From a virus, in IMG/VR virus record IMGVR_UViG_3300042896_000283, positions 32,001 to 96,000 of that record: a stretch of DNA of 64,000 nt; one strand, given 5' to 3'. Positions within the stretch are counted from its first letter, which is position 1; every line of letters begins with the position of its first letter. Below, piece by piece: positions 58,401 to 64,000 of this stretch. The notes under the pieces are model-generated. The model saw only the letters and a program-made list of their open reading frames with translations. It ran no database searches and was not told the DNA's origin. A program made the translations under genes and the position numbers.

Positions 58401-61400
58401 GATTTATCTGTAACAATACTATTACCATTAACATCTAAAAGACTATTTGTCTTACTAGGATAAGGAAGTGGAATTAATGGATTATCAAAATTTGTTTCTT
58501 TTGTTTTTATGTATACAGAAGATTCTCTTTGATAATTATTAATACTAATTCCTCCAGCTTCTCCTACAGATTGTACAACAGGAATTAAATAATTAACTAA
58601 ATCAATAGGTCGTTGTTTAATACCAAGTCCATTTTCTATTTCAGCACCATAATCATAATTAGCTCTTGAATTAAATGATTGAGCATAATTTTTTCTTGTA
58701 ATACCATTAATATAAATAGATAGATATGCCTGGTATGCTGTAAACATAGCAGTGGCATTAAATGAAGATGTTATACCAGCTATATTGGCTGAACTATTTA
58801 AAGCATCTATTTGGGCTTCTTTAGAAAGAAGTCTATACTTAGCATTCTTTTTTACTTCAACAAAATGTGCCTTACCTCTACCAAACATAACATTTTCTAA
58901 CTTAAGAACTTGTCCTAAGAAAGGTTGTGCAAAAGATGTTTCAGGAGAATTAAAAACTTGTCTATATTGAGAAGCTTCTGTATCCATTCCTTTTAAAGGA
59001 AAAGATTGTCCACATGTTAATGTAGATCTTCTACCTTTATAGAAATTTATTCCAAATGCTAATTGACCATTTGCATCATGCTGATACCCACTTGAATCTT
59101 TTACTAAACAATATTGTACTGTATTAAGTGCTTGAACAGGAGACTCCATTCTTTCAGTATCAGGAAATAATGTTGGAAAGTGATCTGCTAAATAAACATC
59201 TGTTCCAGTATTAACTGTAGCATAAGTATTAGCTCCTCCATTTTGATAATCTGTACGTCCTTGAATCCATTGTGGAATTGTAGCTTCTACTACATCATTA
59301 CGATTATATAATAAACCTGTTACCCATTCTGCCATAAGTCCTCTAGCATTTGAATCTTGCCACCAAGGAATTCGAATAACATCAAAATTAGCAGGACCTA
59401 TTGCTGCAGTACCAGTAATAGTATAAGGTTTACCAATAGCACAAAATTCATACCAACGTAAACCACAAACTGTAGTATTACTAATATTTGGTTCAATAGT
59501 TAATCTAACTTTTTTAAATGTATTACAGTCTGTATATTCTATTTCTCCTGCTTTATAACATCCAACTAACCATGCTGTGCATTCTTGATTATATGAATTA
59601 TTATCTCCATTTATAAAAGGATCTTCTTCAAGGTCATTATATGGATAATTTGGATAATAAAAGTCTTGATCTTCTCTTTTATATTTTCCAACATTTCTTA
59701 ATATACCTTTTCCTACAATAGATTTATTTGTACTTCTATTACCTCTTACAATTTTAAATCCAACAATTTCAGATTTCTGTTCTTTAGTAAGATCAGAATA
59801 ATCAATTAATCCTTGAATTTGTTCTAAATCTAATTTAACTCCTATAGGAAAAACAGAATCATTCTGCATAACCATTGAAGCTGAATCAACAAACATTGCT
59901 GATTCATAATGTGGAGAAACTAATACATCAGGAAATTTATGATGTCTAATTGGTGTATTTGCAAGATCACCCCATACATCAACATTACAAGGATAAAGTT
60001 CTGTAGACTCCCAATAAGCAAACTCACCATACTCATGTGGTGTAGCATTACCAATTGCATTTCCTGTAGCTTGTCCTATTACAGAAGCTGTATTATATAT
60101 TTTCCAATAAGGACTATATGTAGTACCTGGTTCAGGTTCACCAATAAAGTCTGGATCAGTTATTTGAATATTTGGTTGAGAAAGTTCATTAGAACTTAAT
60201 GTTCTTCCAGGAATATGAAAACCATCTGTTTGTTTTCCATTTTTTAATAAAAATACAATCTCAAATGCATACACCTCATCACGTAAATATCCACGTAAGT
60301 TTGTAGCATTTAATTCATCTGCATAGTTTTCATCTGCAGGCATTTTATATGTTTCCCATAATAACTTTATACCTGAAGCTATTTTTTGGTAATTTAATCT
60401 ATCTATAGATGTAAGATTATCCCATACAAGAATATCTTGAACAGCTGTTAAATCTTGTGCAATATCATAATATGGATATTTTTCAAATATATCAGCTACA
60501 ACTAATCGTTCTTGTTCAACATTTTGACCTGTATAAGTTATTTGCATTACTCCATTATTAATAAAGTAAGTTCCTACTAATTCTACAGAAGTAATATCAT
60601 TAATTGTTTTAATTACAGCAAGATTATAATATTGGAATTGACCAGATATATCCAAATTACTAATATTAACTACAATAGATTTTCCAACTGGATAATTAAA
60701 ATTAACAGTCGTAAGATGTATATCTGCAATAGGTGTAGGATTAGTAACAGAGTAATAAGAAGTATAAGCATTTCCAGCTGGATCAGCATATTGAATAGCA
60801 AATTGATATGTACCTGCAATTAATTCTCCTCCTGTTGTAACATCTATAATACTTAATTCAGGAATATTAAAATTAGGTTGCATCTTTAACTGATTACAAT
60901 CAATTTCATTTGTATATGTAGGAGAACAAACTTCAGATAGTGGAGCTAAAATAAATGGAATATTATTAAGATCTAAATATCTTCTTGGATTAAATCCATC
61001 TGTCCAATATATTTCTGTACTACAATTTGTAATCTTATGTACAACTTTATGTATAGGATGTTGAATATTAAAATTAAGACAAGGAGCTTCTATGTATATA
61101 TTATATATACAATCATTATTATCCATATATCCTATTTGACTATTTCCAAGTTCAGGATTAGTTATAAAAAATATATGTTTATTTTGTTCAGCAATAAAGT
61201 GTGTTCCTATTAAATGATATCCTGAAGGAAACTGTACACAGAACTCATTACCTTGTTCATTCTGATAATTAACAGAACTAGCATCAAAGTTTTCTAAAGC
61301 AGCGTTTAGTGCATAGGTCAATGTACCTGGTTTAATCTGGTTCAAAGTTTGATCCATATTTAAACCAATATTGGCACTATTGTATTCTGGTCTAATGTTA

Positions 61401-61423
61401 CCTTGTTGTTGTTCTTCTGCCAT
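55403..61423 (-). CDS. Tail stabilisation (muzzle) protein with Thr-rich C-terminal extension
   Basis: GLNMD...ALNA, YWTDGFNPRR, GTYQFAIQY, GYLRDEVY, IRHHKFP, GGDTFI, WTLSF...WVSFHSY.P. Confidence 0.72.
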   Translation of the reverse strand: MAEEQQQGNIRPEYNSANIGLNMDQTLNQIKPGTLTYALNAALENFDASSVNYQNEQGNEFCVQFPSGYHLIGTHFIAEQNKHIFFITNPELGNSQIGYMDNNDCIYNIYIEAPCLNFNIQHPIHKVVHKITNCSTEIYWTDGFNPRRYLDLNNIPFILAPLSEVCSPTYTNEIDCNQLKMQPNFNIPELSIIDVTTGGELIAGTYQFAIQYADPAGNAYTSYYSVTNPTPIADIHLTTVNFNYPVGKSIVVNISNLDISGQFQYYNLAVIKTINDITSVELVGTYFINNGVMQITYTGQNVEQERLVVADIFEKYPYYDIAQDLTAVQDILVWDNLTSIDRLNYQKIASGIKLLWETYKMPADENYADELNATNLRGYLRDEVYAFEIVFLLKNGKQTDGFHIPGRTLSSNELSQPNIQITDPDFIGEPEPGTTYSPYWKIYNTASVIGQATGNAIGNATPHEYGEFAYWESTELYPCNVDVWGDLANTPIRHHKFPDVLVSPHYESAMFVDSASMVMQNDSVFPIGVKLDLEQIQGLIDYSDLTKEQKSEIVGFKIVRGNRSTNKSIVGKGILRNVGKYKREDQDFYYPNYPYNDLEEDPFINGDNNSYNQECTAWLVGCYKAGEIEYTDCNTFKKVRLTIEPNISNTTVCGLRWYEFCAIGKPYTITGTAAIGPANFDVIRIPWWQDSNARGLMAEWVTGLLYNRNDVVEATIPQWIQGRTDYQNGGANTYATVNTGTDVYLADHFPTLFPDTERMESPVQALNTVQYCLVKDSSGYQHDANGQLAFGINFYKGRRSTLTCGQSFPLKGMDTEASQYRQVFNSPETSFAQPFLGQVLKLENVMFGRGKAHFVEVKKNAKYRLLSKEAQIDALNSSANIAGITSSFNATAMFTAYQAYLSIYINGITRKNYAQSFNSRANYDYGAEIENGLGIKQRPIDLVNYLIPVVQSVGEAGGISINNYQRESSVYIKTKETNFDNPLIPLPYPSKTNSLLDVNGNSIVTDKSRLTIGGSNVCDTPAKEQDISVVSYYASLKNIFINQWGQMYSYETIDTGYQVDLSATTSYHDVVFGGDTFISKFAFKTKLPFFFDNRVGAPDDSDIFYDEIGNVGYPKYWHSARSILENYLAGTTLMANIISFKAHNFDCPNDPSLIPAPVPDPLGQVSANASSLRTFYDGYFYLFAYGIPNFYCESSYNVDLRQAFNNREGDFWPHVSTGIPDDWFQESFVTIAQDNTYNYNVTYSKQNKENSFSHLPPDWKSQFCFTHYPFRAIYSDVQEINADNRVNNWLSYKALSSYDFPQNYGALVSLDGIQNKAVLARFENKSLMYNNLLTVNTSNPQAAYLGNPNLFAGAPPIDFAETDLGYVGSQNKFLLKIPQGQITVDAKRGQVFLISGTQAVDLSAFGSGMNRFFTDHLAFEILRYFPTKQILVNGELITIPGVDTDNNFNGIGLHGVYDSKFDRVIISKLDYIPLDPNIKYDYLTKTFYIEDVINDVIFKTEVYVTEPEYFCNKSWTLSFNMNTKSWVSFHSYIPNWYIAENNFFYSGINGCCDDFNITDFTALVGELQRSSPITTTSSTTMSPPLFTTTTTTTEALDCTLEGLAISTSCDLIGDAVITIPPVPTTTICARSSDFDYIVSLYTGYQVDADPAVDSTGSLEDVCNAIAFTKSDSPSITTTKFTGSVLTPIPGGNILNVGEFVYYNYYSNDCTLVPDGWYFTGQSISESTTYAYNAAYHIIDGIVEEVAYCDCGTTTTTTTAVPDVPECCGILFSSDNLIYLKHISDNMTSQLTVPGYVSSLGIAMTSTKFWSIDTNIKEWDINLSPFSATFNRTISFPGGFITSSGIVALNDTTLITIDDSVSPQEVIEMDITTLTGVATSIITLPVNRNAQGNMLYTTEGKLIIINQDTITPDYYITQYDYSTSTLELDINVTIPTLGKLVSLYECDCSLYAVNTTGNIFLINKANPYEIVEIDSLDISSVSSSTQVGSCVTVSMLENTTTTTTTTP

Positions 61424-61428
61424 AATTA

Positions 61429-62403
61429 TTAATTGTTACGTCTTCTTCCAGCTCTATTAGTTCTGTTAGGAAGTTCATACATATTAAATCTATTAAGATC
61501 ATTTTTGATTCTTCTCTGTTTCTCCCAAGGAGTTTGTTTCTTAATTTCAATACTAGCCATGATGAAAGCTTCTTCATAAGCTTGTTTATGATAAACTAAC
61601 TTTTGCTGTAACTGATTAAATGTTTCATCATTAGTTTGGTTAGTAAGCATCTCAAATATTTTGAACTTAAGGAATGCCTCTACATACTCTCTAATACGAT
61701 AGTTATCAGGAATCAATTGATTTCCTATTTCATCATACTCTGTAGCATAAAATATTAAATGTACTACACCATTTCTGAAGTTAGTTACAAATTTATTATC
61801 TCGTATATCAAAACTATCATAACTTGCAGATCCAGGAGTGAACTCATGAATAGGAGGAGCTTCAGAATAGAATTCCCAATTGTTTGTATATTCTACTCCA
61901 CAGTTTTGTCTTGCAGAGATGTTTCCAGGCTTAAGTAAGTAGTCATGAGTAAATCCTCTAGCTACACTATTATTTGTCTTATATACAGCTTGTACAAGTA
62001 CAGGCATACATGTACCATCACATTGTGGAACTTGACATCCAGGTTTATTGCAAGGAGTTCCTCCAATAGTTAATGGTGCCACTTGTATAGTAGTTGCAGA
62101 AGCTGCTTGTGAATAGAATGAATTAGCTGATTGATATGGATATCCAGCTACTTCTGTAGTCATCCAAGCTTCTCTAACAGCATAAAAGTTATCAGGGAGT
62201 CTAGCTTGAAAGTCTTCAATAAATAAAACTTCATCAGTAATTACATAAGTAGTTCTTCCTAACTTCTTTAGAGCTTTGTCTAAGTAAGTAGGAAATAAAA
62301 GATCATCCACAGCACCTGTATCAAAATAAGATTTTAATTCTTCTTTAACAGTTGAGTAGACAGGTTCTGGGCTTATGAAAGCATATTTATAGTAGTACGA
62401 CAT
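61429..62403 (-). CDS. Tail ring/tubular structural protein
   Basis: Position between the IHF-like and muzzle genes as in crAss-like phages; IPDN...EYVEAF. Confidence 0.55.
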   Translation of the reverse strand: MSYYYKYAFISPEPVYSTVKEELKSYFDTGAVDDLLFPTYLDKALKKLGRTTYVITDEVLFIEDFQARLPDNFYAVREAWMTTEVAGYPYQSANSFYSQAASATTIQVAPLTIGGTPCNKPGCQVPQCDGTCMPVLVQAVYKTNNSVARGFTHDYLLKPGNISARQNCGVEYTNNWEFYSEAPPIHEFTPGSASYDSFDIRDNKFVTNFRNGVVHLIFYATEYDEIGNQLIPDNYRIREYVEAFLKFKIFEMLTNQTNDETFNQLQQKLVYHKQAYEEAFIMASIEIKKQTPWEKQRRIKNDLNRFNMYELPNRTNRAGRRRNN

Positions 62404-62905
62404 AATTTATTTTTTCTATTTTATTTGATTTCATCAAATTATCTTTACACCACAATGGTTGTAAATTTGTATAATGACAAAGTTTAATTATTTCTTCCTC
62501 TGTTTTTGCAGATGATAGAGGTATAATGTGATCTATGTGATATTCATACATATTAAAGTTTTCTAAAGTTGTTCCTTCTGGACATTTACTAATAATATAG
62601 TTTTGAAATTCTTTAATAGAACAACCTAATATCTGTTCTGTTTTAATAGGTTTTTTACAACCTCTTCTTCTAAAAGAACCTCCTATTAATGATCTCACAT
62701 CACATGAAAACTTAAATAATAAATCTGATTTTCTTTTATTAATTCTATATTGATTACTTGTTTTTCTAATATTTTCTTTATTATCAATAATCCAATTTTT
62801 AACATAATCAGGATTTATTTTTCTATATTTTTCCTGATATTTTCTTTTAGAAACTTTTATTGCTTCTAATCTTTCTTCTTCTGTATGATGTTTTTTACTT
62901 GCCAT
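62387..62905 (-). mobile_element. Free-standing HNH homing endonuclease
   Basis: YHIDHIIPLS...LCHYTNLQPLW..DN..K; likely start MASKKH at 62905. Confidence 0.82.
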
Positions 62906-62906
62906 A

Positions 62907-63386
62907 TTACTTTTTCCACTCATTGTAAATGTGTTGATACTTGTCGTTGGTCTTTAAGTAGTGTGATAGAAGTCTTGATGTTAACCTAGAAGGTTTGAAA
63001 TACCAAAAGTCAGAATTTTTAAAACGTGCTGTGGGTTTAAACCACATCCAACCAAAAAAATAACCTTCCGTATGATAATTAAAGTTATAAATAACTTTTC
63101 CTTTCTCTTTAGTCTTTTGCCAATCGATTGGTAGGTTGACAAATTCTTTACCATCTATATTATTTTTTAATCTTTTTCTTTTCTTTTTGTTGATAGAGAA
63201 TTCTCCAAATCCATATGGAAGTTTTGCTTTCTCACCAGTCTCTAAAATATATTCTTTGAATGATTCATTATAAGTATATAATATATTTCTCCATTCATCA
63301 AAGGTTAATTTTATAGCTTGATGTTTTTTGCAAAACTGATTATAGTTATCTTTGCTAGAGCTTCTCCAATCAACCTTTGTCCTCAT
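62907..63386 (-). CDS. IHF/HU-like DNA-binding protein
   Basis: KLPYGFGEFSINKKK HU-like strand motif; crAss-like structural-module position. Confidence 0.55.
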   Translation of the reverse strand: MRTKVDWRSSSKDNYNQFCKKHQAIKLTFDEWRNILYTYNESFKEYILETGEKAKLPYGFGEFSINKKKRKRLKNNIDGKEFVNLPIDWQKTKEKGKVIYNFNYHTEGYFFGWMWFKPTARFKNSDFWYFKPSRLTSRLLSHYLKTNDKYQHIYNEWKK

Positions 63387-64000
63387 TAATTAGTTGGTTT
63401 TGAATTAGGTGCTTGACCATCTATTCCTTCTTCACTTGTATCTGTCTTAATATTAAAATAAGTAGACAATAGTTTTTGAGATGTAAGTTGTAGTACTTGT
63501 TGTTCTAAGTATCCAGGAAGAGCAAATTCTTTATCTAAAGGATTCTTACATATCTCATCAGTAGTGTATTCTGGAGTTCCGCATCCACATTCAGGATACA
63601 TAATATCATTAGTTACATCTTCTTCAAAGAATGCTACAAATCTAATTGCTTTAAGTAAAGGATTGTTTACATATAAATATCCATTAGATATCCAGAAGTA
63701 TTCTTCTTTCTTAATTACAGGAAGTTTTAGTAAATTTATATATCTATTAATAGATATTTCTTTTAACTTCTTTCCTTGGCCACTCATAGCATTAATAGAA
63801 TAAACTCCTTGAATAACATATTGGTAATTACCTTCTGATATACGTGGGAGTTTAAATTTAGTTCTAGCTATAGAGCAAGGATCAACATAGTTACAACATT
63901 CAGAAATAGATACTTCTATCATCTCTAAACAAGGAATAGTAGTAAATAAAGTATCAGTAGCCCAAAGCTTTCTAAGATTTGTTTCTCTCTTAATTAATAA
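63386..64000 (-). CDS. Structural (ring) protein, 5'-truncated by the window
   Basis: Frame stays open to the window edge (LLIKRETNLRKLW...MIEV); Y.WI.NGYLY, FEED, CKNPLD.EFALP. Confidence 0.6.
   Translation of the reverse strand, partial: LLIKRETNLRKLWATDTLFTTIPCLEMIEVSISECCNYVDPCSIARTKFKLPRISEGNYQYVIQGVYSINAMSGQGKKLKEISINRYINLLKLPVIKKEEYFWISNGYLYVNNPLLKAIRFVAFFEEDVTNDIMYPECGCGTPEYTTDEICKNPLDKEFALPGYLEQQVLQLTSQKLLSTYFNIKTDTSEEGIDGQAPNSKPTN

Noticed and set aside
9591-62905. Group I introns or inteins around the endonucleases
   Set aside because: Neighbouring genes are complete with their own starts and stops, there is little flanking non-coding room for a ribozyme core, and no intein termini were seen in RecA or the RNAP
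15805-63803. Short + strand ORFs in the late region (e.g. 15805, 34430, 36544, 52721) and short - strand ORFs in the early region
   Set aside because: Antisense shadows of well-supported genes, with no recognisable motifs
1-64000. Stop-codon reassignment as seen in some crAss-like phages
   Set aside because: Very long ORFs are intact in the standard code, and TAG (14871, 30061) and TGA both act as stops at tight gene junctions

Overview
A 64-kb internal segment of an AT-rich tailed phage genome, crAss-like (Crassvirales or a close relative). The host is most likely Bacteroidota: repeated TAnnTTTG -7 promoter boxes, A-rich non-Shine-Dalgarno start contexts, standard genetic code. Positions 1-15549 (+ strand) hold early/middle genes: the end of a uracil-DNA glycosylase, rIIA/rIIB, PD-(D/E)XK exonuclease, RecA, dNMP kinase, HAD, MazG, thioredoxin, GroES-like and GT2. 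They converge at a bidirectional terminator (~15607-15639) with a long - strand late region. The late region holds tail ring and muzzle genes, ejected cargo proteins, a 4343-aa virion RNA polymerase polyprotein (DFDID motif, two zincin-like domains, C-terminal AlkB-like dioxygenase), a nuclease-bearing 1574-aa cargo protein, a lysis cassette, fibres and small basic proteins. The best candidate for an undescribed system is a phage-encoded virion glycosylation/sulfation apparatus. It has three parts: a cassette with sulfotransferase, GT9, APS kinase, a minimal HIGH nucleotidyltransferase (putative ATP sulfurylase) and DUF2061; a glycosyltransferase resembling plant protein O-glycosyltransferases; and five late proteins ending in mucin-like poly-Thr tags. 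These sit among fibre genes built by combining two N-terminal anchors with different payloads. Four free-standing homing endonucleases are present, and one has replaced the 3' end of its target gene. All family assignments come from motif recognition by eye; no searches were run.
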